Source: a virus
Lineage: Duplodnaviria > Heunggongvirae > Uroviricota > Caudoviricetes
Virus record (IMG/VR): IMGVR_UViG_3300046533_001163
Strand: one strand, 5' to 3'
DNA length: 64,000 nt
In this document: one piece after another, positions 36,497 to 45,923 of the stretch
Numbering within the stretch: the stretch's first letter is position 1
Layout of the letters: each line of letters opens with the position of its first letter
The notes under the pieces: generated by a model
Database searches by the model: none
The model's input: only the letters and a program-made list of their open reading frames with translations
Told to the model about the DNA's origin: nothing
Made by a program: the position numbers and the translations under genes

Positions 36497-36702
36497 TACT
36501 TCTTAATCATTTCTTTCTTGCGAGTTTCCCAAGAAAGAAGCAGCGCCTTAGCTTCGGCCTCTAGCTTAAGCTTATCTTCTTTATAAGTATCTAAAACCTT
36601 CTTTACAGTTTCATTTTTAGTTTTTAAAAGATTATGGATTTCCGAAATCTTAGTACTAAACTGCACGAAATCATCTGTTAAAAGTGATTCTAATTCATTC
36701 AT
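36496..36702 (-). CDS. Small coiled-coil protein
   Basis: 68 aa, 1-nt overlap with dnaE-N. Confidence 0.6.
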   Translation of the reverse strand: MNELESLLTDDFVQFSTKISEIHNLLKTKNETVKKVLDTYKEDKLKLEAEAKALLLSWETRKKEMIKK

Positions 36703-36707
36703 GATAT

Positions 36708-36740
36708 TTTCTCCGATTAGGTATTAATATATCGGAGAAA
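36708..36740 (-). promoter_or_regulatory. Hairpin covering the RBS of 36496-36702
   Basis: TTTCTCCGAT-13 nt-ATCGGAGAAA; the 3' arm on the minus strand contains the GGAG SD. Confidence 0.45.
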
Positions 36741-36757
36741 TGCAGAAGAAACCTTAA

Positions 36758-37357
36758 TTAAATTATGCTATCGGCCAAACCTATATCAACAGTTTCTTTG
36801 GCATTAAGAATTGTGTCGGTTTCCAGCATCTTTTGAAGCTCTTTACGGTCAAAATCTGGATGCTTTTCTATAATTCTCTTGAAGTATATTTCTTCAAGCT
36901 CTAAGTCTGTTTTATCCATCTCTTTAGTCCAATTTTTAGCAATCTTAGAATAATCAGAAATTTCAAATATCCCATAATGCATCATAAAACGACTATGGGC
37001 AGAAATCCTCCGCTCACCAGTGGCACCTTGTAATATCACCCCAGTAGCAGAAAAGGCTGGACCAAAAACATCAATATTAACTTTTGGCTTACATGTGGCG
37101 ATAAAATCGTATATGGCACCGCAATAATACCAATCCCCTCCAAGGCCACTTAATACAATTCGTATAGGGCCTGGAGGGGCGAGGTTATCAAGGAAATGCA
37201 GCCCTTTTATAGCGTTAGCTGCAAAATCAGAGTTTATTTCTAGCTCATTTCCGTCAGGATCAGACGGATTACCCATATAAAGCGTTCTAGTACTGGTATG
37301 AATTCCATGGTCATACCAGAGAAGCGCTTCATTGAATACGAAACTTTTAACAGCCAT
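36758..37357 (-). CDS. clpP: ClpP-family protease subunit
   Basis: RTLYM, GG....G.AIYD, AFSATGVIL (Ser), RFMMHY (His), ETDTILNAKE...GLAD (Asp). Confidence 0.85.
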   Translation of the reverse strand: MAVKSFVFNEALLWYDHGIHTSTRTLYMGNPSDPDGNELEINSDFAANAIKGLHFLDNLAPPGPIRIVLSGLGGDWYYCGAIYDFIATCKPKVNIDVFGPAFSATGVILQGATGERRISAHSRFMMHYGIFEISDYSKIAKNWTKEMDKTDLELEEIYFKRIIEKHPDFDRKELQKMLETDTILNAKETVDIGLADSII

Positions 37358-37409
37358 ATAACGTCCTTATCAGACGCTATATTATAGTCATTTGGCTGTT
37401 AAAAATTGC

Positions 37410-37577
37410 CTACTTGTCCATAATTAGGTATAAAAGCAGGTATACCAAAATACCCAGTCCTGCGGCATGTGCTAAAAGCACGAATAAAATGCGTACAACC
37501 CAAGGATTCCACCCTAGATCTGCCGCGATCCCGCTACAAACTCCCAACAATAGCTTCCTACTTGTATCAATCTTCAT
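37410..37577 (-). CDS. pspC: PspC-domain membrane protein, 55 aa (not in ORF track)
   Basis: MKIDTSRKLLLGVCSGIAADLGWNPWVVRILFVLLAHAAGLGILVYLLLYLIMDK: GVCxGxA, VR and G...Y motifs. Confidence 0.85.
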   Translation of the reverse strand: MKIDTSRKLLLGVCSGIAADLGWNPWVVRILFVLLAHAAGLGILVYLLLYLIMDK

Positions 37578-37603
37578 AATAATTACCTTTCTTGTTTTTA
37601 AAC

Positions 37604-38428
37604 TTACTTCTTAACAGAAACCTTTGTCTCTATGTACTTATCCATAAAAGAACCAAATCGCTCTAAAACTTTTCTAGAAGGAGTATTAGTATTATAGTCA
37701 ATTTCAGGATGGAATTGCGCTCCAATCCAAGGCGCGGTTTTGCCGCACATTAGTTCAACGATCTGCTCACAGTCCTTAACTCCGGTAGCAGCAATGCCAA
37801 TCACAGACAATGCATCGGTAGCCCATTTTCTACCCTGATCCTTTGCGCCATAATATTTAATCGCCTGGTGGTGGTAAGAATTCACCCAGATAAGATCTGT
37901 ATCATATTTGAACGATTCGCGCACAAAGAACTTGCGCTCTTCCGGCACATCTGGATTAAAATAATCTTTATATTTTTCCAACAATCTCACGGCATGAGAC
38001 GGTTCATGATTTCTAAGAGTAATGTCTTGCCTATGAGGCGTATGCGCAATTCGGCCATGTGTAATATCAGCGAAAAGTTCCATTCCATGGTAAACGCCTA
38101 AGAGTTGCATACCTCTACAAACTCCAAGCATCGGAATCTTATCTTTAATACAATTCTCAATCAAAAACAATTCTCTAATATCTCGGTCAATATCAAACTT
38201 TCCAAAGTTATTGTGGTTCGTCACATTATGACCATAAGCAGACGGGTGAATGTCAACACCGCCCGAAAGAATAACACCACTACATCGCTTGAGCCAATAT
38301 TTCAAATTATCTTTGTCGTTGTGATAAAGCAACACAAAGTTAGCATTGAAAAACTTCTCAACCATTTCCAGCATTTCTGCCGTAAAGCTGGAAGGTCCAG
38401 AGACACCGATGAGCTTGCGTATCGTCAT
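37604..38428 (-). CDS. Peptidase C26/PuuD-like class I glutamine amidotransferase
   Basis: ILSGGVDIHP, RD..EL, PMLGVCRGMQ (Cys), VNSYHHQAI, QFHPE. Confidence 0.88.
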   Translation of the reverse strand: MTIRKLIGVSGPSSFTAEMLEMVEKFFNANFVLLYHNDKDNLKYWLKRCSGVILSGGVDIHPSAYGHNVTNHNNFGKFDIDRDIRELFLIENCIKDKIPMLGVCRGMQLLGVYHGMELFADITHGRIAHTPHRQDITLRNHEPSHAVRLLEKYKDYFNPDVPEERKFFVRESFKYDTDLIWVNSYHHQAIKYYGAKDQGRKWATDALSVIGIAATGVKDCEQIVELMCGKTAPWIGAQFHPEIDYNTNTPSRKVLERFGSFMDKYIETKVSVKK

Positions 38429-38736
38429 TATTTATTCCCGTAAAGAGAAAAGACCAAATCCATGCTGGGCTGGTCAAGGTGTTTGTAGTTTCGCAACATG
38501 ATAGCAGTTAAAGCCTTCTCTGTCCATCCCGATTTCATCGCGGCCAGATATGCTCCAGAACGCTCAATTTCATTAGATTCAGACCACTCCATTGACCCCA
38601 TATCAAGCCAGCCTCTTACCCCTATTTTAAATCCGGCGGCCTGAACTACTCCATCAATGCTATTAATAATGTGTTCATCGCCATAATCCTGTCCATAAAC
38701 AATCGGATCGCCGCAATCTTCGCCACAGTTTTTCAT
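38428..38736 (-). CDS. Hypothetical protein
   Basis: 102 aa, 1-nt overlap with the PuuD-like gene. Confidence 0.55.
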   Translation of the reverse strand: MKNCGEDCGDPIVYGQDYGDEHIINSIDGVVQAAGFKIGVRGWLDMGSMEWSESNEIERSGAYLAAMKSGWTEKALTAIMLRNYKHLDQPSMDLVFSLYGNK

Positions 38737-38749
38737 TTGATGCCTTTCT

Positions 38750-38766
38750 TGACTATATTATAGTCA
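38750..38766. promoter_or_regulatory. Palindromic bidirectional promoter element
   Basis: TGACTATA-T-TATAGTCA between divergent ATGs at 38736 and 38767. Confidence 0.6.
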
Positions 38767-39387
38767 ATGATTTCTTCAACTGGTGATAATCTTAATATCC
38801 TTATCTGCACTGAATACGCTCCACATAACGACTGGATGTCATTTGTAGCTTGGTATTCAATTCATAAAGCTATGCCGTCCAGCCAAGTTGCCATTTCTTG
38901 TTCTCGCGTAAAAGGCAACACTCACTCGCTTTTTAACTGGACCACAAGGTGTGGAGTTAAATGTTTTCAACATAAAAACAGTGGATTTGAGAATTGTATC
39001 AGCACTGCAATAAAAAATCAAGTCATATCTCTACCAATTTTGGCAATTCCACCTTCTTATTTAGCTGTAAAAGAATTGTCTCAACTATGCGCGAATCAAT
39101 TAAACGAAATCAATGCTGGCAGAAATCCAAATGGAGATATTTTGTTTCTTAAAAATGAACAGACCAATGACGCAACAATAATCAGTGAACTAGATAACAC
39201 ATTCGTAAACCACGATGCCCTCCAAAAGTTCTCATCCAAAGACTGGACAAAAAACAAAACATCGCCACCATTTAATATCTTCTGGAAGTTTTTCCACGAA
39301 AATATGACGGTGCAAGAAGCAAAAATTTTACACATTTGGAAAAGAGCGAAGTATATTTACGAAAACCTGAGATTTGTGGAGTTATGA
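38767..39387 (+). CDS. Hypothetical protein
   Basis: 206 aa. Confidence 0.6.
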   Translation: MISSTGDNLNILICTEYAPHNDWMSFVAWYSIHKAMPSSQVAISCSRVKGNTHSLFNWTTRCGVKCFQHKNSGFENCISTAIKNQVISLPILAIPPSYLAVKELSQLCANQLNEINAGRNPNGDILFLKNEQTNDATIISELDNTFVNHDALQKFSSKDWTKNKTSPPFNIFWKFFHENMTVQEAKILHIWKRAKYIYENLRFVEL

Positions 39388-39401
39388 TACTAATATAAGG
39401 T

Positions 39402-39737
39402 ATGAGGAGAATCAACATGAGCAATAGAGACGATAGTAATTTCTTTTCTGAAGAAGAATACGACGAAAACTTCGATGAAGGCGATGAAGATGCCAACGAC
39501 GAAGACGCAAAGGATTTTATCAATAAAAACGAAGTCCTTTATACGATGGAATTAGACCACTTAGATAATCGTCTGCACAAAGAAACTAATGTCGCAGTAA
39601 TGAAAGAAGCAGTGAAGCTTGCCAAAGACACGCTCTTATGGCGTTTTCGCACTAAAACCAATAAACTCAAAATCATACTCGGTTTTTATTACGATATTAT
39701 TCCACATGTGAATTTTGACAAAAGTGATATTGAATGA
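39402..39737 (+). CDS. Hypothetical acidic protein
   Basis: GAGGAG SD before ATG 39417. Confidence 0.6.
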   Translation: MRRINMSNRDDSNFFSEEEYDENFDEGDEDANDEDAKDFINKNEVLYTMELDHLDNRLHKETNVAVMKEAVKLAKDTLLWRFRTKTNKLKIILGFYYDIIPHVNFDKSDIE

Positions 39738-39758
39738 TTCGGCCACTTGTGCTATCTT
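39730..39758 (+). promoter_or_regulatory. sigma70-type promoter upstream of the fmdB-prkA-yeaH-spoVR run
   Basis: TTGAAT-17 nt-TATCTT with TG extension. Confidence 0.55.
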
Positions 39759-39765
39759 ATGAACC

Positions 39766-40344
39766 ATGACAAACGAACAAACCAATGCGATCTCGCCAAT
39801 GAATGCTCAAACGATAACCATAGACAAATCGCCCGTTAAAGAAATTGTCGTGGAAACAAATAAGAGAGTTTTACCTAGTAAAATCGGCTCGGCGGAGTTT
39901 GAAGCGGCTCTTCTGCTGGAGTTCACTGGCAAACACGAATGGAGAAGTTCAACAGGACTTGCCAAAAAGCTTGGCGTAGACGCAAAAGAATTAGAGTCTT
40001 TTCTAGATAAAGATAAGAGATTCGTTCGTTCTGCTGGTGAAGAGGACGGTTCTTGGTTTTACGCCGTAAAAAAGAGACTTGACACTGGCACCGAAACCTG
40101 CTCTAATAAGACAAAGGTAAAGACGAAAATTACCCTCAGTCCTGAAGATCGCTACGCATTAGGACAACTCAATCTTTTGTCAGTAGTTTTAGACAAGGTT
40201 CTTGACAACTATGCGTTGCGAGTAATGGAACAAAGCGAAGAAGCATTATCCCACCTAACAAGAGCGTTAAAGCATTTAAAAGCTGGCACCGCTCTGTACG
40301 CCACCGAAACTAAAGCCAATCCCGAACACCTTATTACCCTTTAA
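39766..40344 (+). CDS. Hypothetical protein, possible HTH
   Basis: WRSSTGLAKKLGVDAKELESFL. Confidence 0.6.
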   Translation: MTNEQTNAISPMNAQTITIDKSPVKEIVVETNKRVLPSKIGSAEFEAALLLEFTGKHEWRSSTGLAKKLGVDAKELESFLDKDKRFVRSAGEEDGSWFYAVKKRLDTGTETCSNKTKVKTKITLSPEDRYALGQLNLLSVVLDKVLDNYALRVMEQSEEALSHLTRALKHLKAGTALYATETKANPEHLITL

Positions 40345-40350
40345 TTAATC

Positions 40351-40641
40351 ATGCCAATATACGATCTAAGATGTAAAAAATGTGGAATAGAGTTTGAAGA
40401 ATTATGCAAACTAGATGATGTTATCACTTGTTTATGCGGAAGTACTGAAACGGAAAAATTAATCTCAGGTTTTGCCGTTACCTTTACAAATCCTATCGGA
40501 ACAAGTAAAATGGATTCGTTCGGGTATCGTGCCGGTCACAACATGGAAAAAGCGAAAGCGGAAAGACGACACGCCCAAAAATTAGACCCAAAGGGCGGAA
40601 GCGTTTACAAAGAAACTAAACTCCCTCGCACCGAAATCTAA
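40351..40641 (+). CDS. FmdB-family zinc-ribbon protein
   Basis: MPIYDLRCKKCG..FE......TCLCGS....KLIS. Confidence 0.8.
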   Translation: MPIYDLRCKKCGIEFEELCKLDDVITCLCGSTETEKLISGFAVTFTNPIGTSKMDSFGYRAGHNMEKAKAERRHAQKLDPKGGSVYKETKLPRTEI

Positions 40642-40672
40642 GAAACAAATCCCCTGACAAAACGGAGATAGC

Positions 40673-42751
40673 ATGACAGTCAGTCCACTCAAGAGTCGGT
40701 TTGACAATCTGGCGGAAAAGTTCCCCAAAAAGGAATTTGACACCCTTCACGAAACGATGACGTTTAGTGAATACTATGATCTGGTTCACAAGAACCCTGC
40801 CTTGGCAAGAACCTCGCACCAACGCATATACGATATGATTTTGGTCAAGGGCACCGAAACAATCAAGCGATGCAACAAGACGGTGACCATTTACAAGTTC
40901 TTCAATGATTCACAGTTTCCTATCTTCGGACTGGAAAACACTCTTGAAGAACTTGTGCGGGTCTTCCGTTCGGCTGCCGGGTTTTACGGAACCGAAAAAC
41001 GAATTATTCTTCTTCACGGACCTGTGGGTAGTTCAAAGTCAACTATCTGCCGCCTGATTAAGAAAGAGCTTGAGGCGTCCTCCAAGACTGACGCTGGAGC
41101 ACTTTATAGCTTTTCTTGGAAGGATCTTCCTCCCGATCTGGAATCGGAAAGCTGTATCAACTGCCCCATGCACGAAGACCCACTGAATTTAATTCCTAAA
41201 TTCATGCGTGCCGACTTGGAGAAGGAACTCAACGAAATTCACCAGGAGCAGTATCGTGCTCGCTTCCCTGGCGAAACCCCATACCCCATCCGCATTCGCG
41301 GTGAACTTGATCCGCAGTGCCGATTCTTCATGGAGCACTTGCTCAAGCAAGAAAAGGGCGACCTGAAAGCGGTTCTAGACAAGTACATTGAAGTACGCCG
41401 AATCTGCTTCTCTGAAGCTGACCGTTGTGGTATCGGCACCTTCCAGCCGAAAGATGAAAAGAATCAGGACTCAACCGAACTTACTGGAGATATTAACTTC
41501 CGTAAGCTTGGCGAACTCGGCAAGGATTCTGACCCCAGAGCGTTCAGCTTTGACGGTGAATTCAATATCGCCAATCGCGGTGTGATTGAATTTATCGAAG
41601 TGCTGAAGCTTGACAAGGCGTTCCTGTATGACCTGCTCGGTGCTGCTCAGGAACAGCAGATTAAGCCTAAGAAGTTTGCACAAACTTCTATTGACTTGGC
41701 AATCATCGGGCATACGAATAATCCTGAATTCCAAAAGCTTCAGGCAGACCGAACGATGGAAGCTATCAAGGATAGAACCATCAAGATTGACGTTCCTTAT
41801 CTGCTTGAAGTAAGCAAGGAACTGATGGTCCTCCTGCAAGATTACGGGAACGGCAAGGTGCCTCAGCACATCGCTCCCCATACTTTGGAAGTAGCCGCAC
41901 TTTGGGCGGTTTGCACTCGCCTCAAAGACCCTCAGGACAAGAGTTGCTCGCTGATTGAAAAGGCCAAACTCTACGACGGGAAGATCCTGCCTGGATGGAC
42001 CGAAGACAGAGTGAAGGAACTGCGGTTGACGGGTGGCGAAGGAATTGAAAAGGGCATGTCGGTGCGATATACCCAAAATAAGATTTCCAACGCCCTTGTT
42101 AATAACAAACAATACATCAATCCATTCATTGTCTTGAACGAAATCCAGAATGGATTAGACAAGACTCCGCTGATTGATGACAAGAAGGACTTGGAATACT
42201 ATCTGACCTGCATCACCCATGTGAGAAATGAATTAAACAACATTCTCAAGAAGGAAGTGCAGGAAGCAATCTCTCTTGACGGAAATCAGATGGAACGGCT
42301 CTGCCAAAAGTATATGAATAACGTTGTCGCCCACATTGAAGGGACAAAGATAACGGACCCGTATACCAACGAAGAGCAAGACCCAGACGAACCGTTGATG
42401 CGAGCGATTGAGGAAAAGATTGACATTCCCGAACCTCTTGCGGATGACTTCCGACGCTCTCTCGCTGGCTTCGCTGGTGGACTGGCGATGAAAGATAAGA
42501 AGTTTGAGTGGGATAGCAATCCCAAACTCAAGAAGGGTCTTGAGAAATACATGTTTGAAATCAGCAAGGATACCATCAACATTGCCAAGCTGAACAATGG
42601 TGGACAAGTTGTCGGCCACGATCAGCAGGAAAAGATTGACACTATCCGTGGGCGACTCATTGAGCGCTTCGGATACAACGAACAGTCGGCAACCGATGTG
42701 ATGAACTACGTCAGCCAACTCTTTGCCCGAGGCGACATCGCCGAAGAGTAA
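40673..42751 (+). CDS. prkA: PrkA/YeaG-family AAA+ ATPase/serine kinase
   Basis: FGLE..LEELV..FRSAA, LLHGPVGSSKST, CPMHEDPL, GIGTFQPKDEKNQDSTELTG, GDSDPRAF-like, ANRGVIEFIE. Confidence 0.95.
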   Translation: MTVSPLKSRFDNLAEKFPKKEFDTLHETMTFSEYYDLVHKNPALARTSHQRIYDMILVKGTETIKRCNKTVTIYKFFNDSQFPIFGLENTLEELVRVFRSAAGFYGTEKRIILLHGPVGSSKSTICRLIKKELEASSKTDAGALYSFSWKDLPPDLESESCINCPMHEDPLNLIPKFMRADLEKELNEIHQEQYRARFPGETPYPIRIRGELDPQCRFFMEHLLKQEKGDLKAVLDKYIEVRRICFSEADRCGIGTFQPKDEKNQDSTELTGDINFRKLGELGKDSDPRAFSFDGEFNIANRGVIEFIEVLKLDKAFLYDLLGAAQEQQIKPKKFAQTSIDLAIIGHTNNPEFQKLQADRTMEAIKDRTIKIDVPYLLEVSKELMVLLQDYGNGKVPQHIAPHTLEVAALWAVCTRLKDPQDKSCSLIEKAKLYDGKILPGWTEDRVKELRLTGGEGIEKGMSVRYTQNKISNALVNNKQYINPFIVLNEIQNGLDKTPLIDDKKDLEYYLTCITHVRNELNNILKKEVQEAISLDGNQMERLCQKYMNNVVAHIEGTKITDPYTNEEQDPDEPLMRAIEEKIDIPEPLADDFRRSLAGFAGGLAMKDKKFEWDSNPKLKKGLEKYMFEISKDTINIAKLNNGGQVVGHDQQEKIDTIRGRLIERFGYNEQSATDVMNYVSQLFARGDIAEE

Positions 42752-42785
42752 TCTGACTTGTGTCCTTGGTAGAGAATTTTATAAA

Positions 42786-42825
42786 CGCCTAGTAGGTAAA
42801 ACTTCACTGTGATACCTACTAGGCG
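42786..42825 (+). promoter_or_regulatory. Intercistronic stem-loop between prkA and yeaH
   Basis: CGCCTAGTAGGT(A)...(T)ACCTACTAGGCG perfect 13-bp stem; no adjacent poly-T. Confidence 0.65.
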
Positions 42826-42864
42826 AATTATTTTAAATACAAACATCAAAATAAGGAATCAATC

Positions 42865-44094
42865 ATGCCTAACGGTATTCAAGAAGACTTTGATGATTTC
42901 CAGCAAATCATCGGTGGCAAGAAGCGAGAAGAACTTAAGCGACATATCCAAACTGGAGAAATCTTTGGGCAAAGACCAAACGGTCGCGGTGCTCTCAGTA
43001 TTCCCATCAAAAGAATTGAACTTCCTTATATAACTCACGGTGAAGAAAAAGACGGTGTAGGAAGTGGTCCCGGCAAACCTGGCGATGTCATCGGCAAAAA
43101 GCCAGGCAAGGGCGACGGCAAGGGTGGACACAAGCCCGGCACAAATCCTGGCGAAGGAATGTTGGTTGACGTTGACATGGAAGAAATCTGGAAGGAACTT
43201 CAGGAAGAATTGAAGCTTCCTAATATGCAGCCGAAGGATACACCTACGTGGGAAGATATAGAAGTTAAGTATAACGGCATTTCCCGACTTGGCCCCAGAT
43301 CGCTTCTGCATCCGAGAAGAACATTCAAGGAATGTCTGAAGCGCGAAATCGCCCAGACTGGTGGAAAATTAGAAAAGAAAATAGTGCCTGGGTGTAATCG
43401 CCCCGTCACGGTTTTCCATCCAATCAAGGACGATTTCAGATACCGTCAGTATAATGAAATTAAGAAACCGTCATCCAATGCCGCCATCTTCTTCGTAAGA
43501 GACGGCTCTGGCTCCATGGACGATAATAAGTGCGAAATAGTAAGCGATGTATCTTTCTGGATTGATGCTTGGATCAGAAGGTTCTACAAAACCACCAAGA
43601 AGATTTATGTCTGGCACGATACTGAAGCGAAAGAACTCAGTGAGAAAAAGTTCTATAACCTCAGGTACGGTGGCGGAACATACGCAACATCTGCAATGGA
43701 ATTCGTTGAGAGACAGCTTTATCACAGAGTACCTCCCCAGAAGTGGAACATCTACGTATTCTACTTCGGCGACGGTGAAACTTTCGGTAGAGACAACGAC
43801 GCCTTTGTTGAATTGCTAAAAACTAAACTCGGGCCTCAGGCCATTAACCTGACTGGTGTTGTCCAGATTCTCAGTTATTCTTATACAGGAACTTTGAAAC
43901 ATTCTATTGACTTGGCTCTGGAATCTGGTAAACTGGATAAGAAGTTTGTGAGAACTGTTTCTGTGGGCGATGAAAAAGATCACGGATACGGCAGCTACCA
44001 AACTATGACTCCGGAACAAAAAGGACAGGCTGTTAAAAAGGCTATATCGGCTTTGCTTGGAGCAAAGGCAACAGAAACTACGGCCAAAGCTTAA
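42865..44094 (+). CDS. yeaH: YeaH/YhbH (DUF444) vWA protein
   Basis: GVGSGPGKPGD, DDFRYR, FFVRDGSGSM (MIDAS), GGT, YFGDGE. Confidence 0.92.
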   Translation: MPNGIQEDFDDFQQIIGGKKREELKRHIQTGEIFGQRPNGRGALSIPIKRIELPYITHGEEKDGVGSGPGKPGDVIGKKPGKGDGKGGHKPGTNPGEGMLVDVDMEEIWKELQEELKLPNMQPKDTPTWEDIEVKYNGISRLGPRSLLHPRRTFKECLKREIAQTGGKLEKKIVPGCNRPVTVFHPIKDDFRYRQYNEIKKPSSNAAIFFVRDGSGSMDDNKCEIVSDVSFWIDAWIRRFYKTTKKIYVWHDTEAKELSEKKFYNLRYGGGTYATSAMEFVERQLYHRVPPQKWNIYVFYFGDGETFGRDNDAFVELLKTKLGPQAINLTGVVQILSYSYTGTLKHSIDLALESGKLDKKFVRTVSVGDEKDHGYGSYQTMTPEQKGQAVKKAISALLGAKATETTAKA

Positions 44095-44142
44095 TTTTAA
44101 ATTTTATCAGTAAAAATCAAGCTTTCACAAGAAAGAAATAAA

Positions 44143-45708
44143 ATGCACGTTGCACCGATGCTTTCTGGCGACAACACAATTCCGGGAGAACTCATTCCTC
44201 CCGATGTTCAAAAAAGAATCCCCGAAATTTTTGACGCTTGCGCAAAATTCGGATTAGACTATCCGCCGACAGTCGTTGAATTCCTTGACTGGGATACGAT
44301 GGCCGAAATCTGTTCTTACGGCGGATTTCCCAGCCGATACCCTCACTGGAAGTGGGGTATGGAATGGGCAGATTTCCGAAAGAATTATCTCGCTGGAAGA
44401 ATGCGAGTTTATGAAATAGTAATTAATTCAAACCCAGTTGAGCTGTACTGCCTCAACAGCAACACTCACACGGATAACGTTACGGTAATTGCTCACGCTC
44501 TGGGACATGCTGACTTTTTTAAGAACAATATATTCTTTAAATCTACGAGCCAGAATGCAGTCAATGAACTTGCCTGCCATGGTACCAGAATTCGCAAATA
44601 CCAAAGTCGTAGAGGGCGTGAACAAGTCAGTAAGTTTCTTGATAAGCTGCTGATGATTGAAACCCTCATTGATCCGGCTGCGGCGTGGGATAAGCCTAAG
44701 TGCAAGGATGTTATTGTTTCTGATAAAAGAGACTACAAATATCCAAGGAAGCACAAGATTGCTGATGGGCATGAATATATGCATGACTGGATTAATACTC
44801 CAGAGCATATGAAAAAAGAAGAACACAGAATTAAAATGGACGAAATAAAAGCTGAGCTTTCTATTTTCGGACAAGCCACCAGAGATATCTTCGGCTTCCT
44901 AATGAAGAATGCTCCCCTTAAACCTTGGGAGCAAGATATCATGGCTATGATTTACAGAGAAGGACTTTACTTCTCGCCTCAGCGCCCCACCAAAGTCAGC
45001 AATGAAGGATTCGCCTCTTGGGTTGATTTTAATATTATGGCGAGACTAGGCATGGCCGACTCTTCTGGAATCATGGATTACTCTCACCACAAAGCGGGTG
45101 TGCTTGGTGGGAAATACTCAATGAATCCATACAAGTTAGGATTTAACATCCTGCTTGACATTGAGGAGCGTTGGAATAAGGGCCGCTTCGGCGACGACTA
45201 CGAAAAGTGCGACAGCTACGATGAAAAGAGAAACTGGGACAAAAAACTTGGTCTTGGAAAAGAAAAAGTTTTTGAAGTCCGCGAATACTACAACGACATG
45301 ATGCTGATTCATGAGTTCGTCACCGAGGACTTCGTCGCGAAAAATGAGATGTTTGAATGGGCGTTACTGCCTAACGGCGAATATCAAATTGTTTCTCGCA
45401 ATGCGAAGGAAATTAAGAAGAAGTTGCTCAGGAAATTCATGAATGGCGGACTTCCAGATATCCACCTTGAAGATCCTAACTACAAGGGTAAGAACTACCT
45501 GTTGTTGCAACACAACTGGGATGGACGACTTCTTAAAGACAAATGGATAAGAGAAGTCTTGCCGTCTCTCTTCTTCCTTTGGAAGCGACCCGTATTCCTC
45601 GCTACTAGAAACAAAAGCGGCGAAGAAATGGTCTATGTATGCGACAGCGATGATTACAAGAAAGTGCAATACGTCACCAGGAAAGAACTGGACGCAAGCA
45701 TACGATGA
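44143..45708 (+). CDS. spoVR: SpoVR/YcgB-family protein
   Basis: GLDYPP..E, G.PSRYPHWKWG, YEIVINSNP, VIAHALGHADFFKNN, NEGFASW, NPYKLG. Confidence 0.95.
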   Translation: MHVAPMLSGDNTIPGELIPPDVQKRIPEIFDACAKFGLDYPPTVVEFLDWDTMAEICSYGGFPSRYPHWKWGMEWADFRKNYLAGRMRVYEIVINSNPVELYCLNSNTHTDNVTVIAHALGHADFFKNNIFFKSTSQNAVNELACHGTRIRKYQSRRGREQVSKFLDKLLMIETLIDPAAAWDKPKCKDVIVSDKRDYKYPRKHKIADGHEYMHDWINTPEHMKKEEHRIKMDEIKAELSIFGQATRDIFGFLMKNAPLKPWEQDIMAMIYREGLYFSPQRPTKVSNEGFASWVDFNIMARLGMADSSGIMDYSHHKAGVLGGKYSMNPYKLGFNILLDIEERWNKGRFGDDYEKCDSYDEKRNWDKKLGLGKEKVFEVREYYNDMMLIHEFVTEDFVAKNEMFEWALLPNGEYQIVSRNAKEIKKKLLRKFMNGGLPDIHLEDPNYKGKNYLLLQHNWDGRLLKDKWIREVLPSLFFLWKRPVFLATRNKSGEEMVYVCDSDDYKKVQYVTRKELDASIR

Positions 45709-45911
45709 AAAAAGCATTCCTAGATGGCCTGAAGGGCATGTCGTTAAAAACTGCTCAGCAAATATGTCTATCAGAAGGATTTGATGTCTACATCATGGAA
45801 GATGGACTGCCTCTAGGAATGGCTGCGGTGCCTGATCTAATCGTGCTTTGGCATAAACATGATGTAATTACCGAAGCGTTTGCAGGCGACCCTTGCCAGA
45901 TAGAAAATTAA
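45705..45911 (+). CDS. Hypothetical protein
   Basis: 68 aa, ATGA overlap with spoVR. Confidence 0.55.
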   Translation: MKKAFLDGLKGMSLKTAQQICLSEGFDVYIMEDGLPLGMAAVPDLIVLWHKHDVITEAFAGDPCQIEN

Positions 45912-45923
45912 TAATGAAACTAT

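Noticed and set aside
41239-42718. Long antisense ORFs (up to 213 aa) opposite prkA
   Set aside because: Expected by-product of the higher-GC coding strand; no motifs or RBS.
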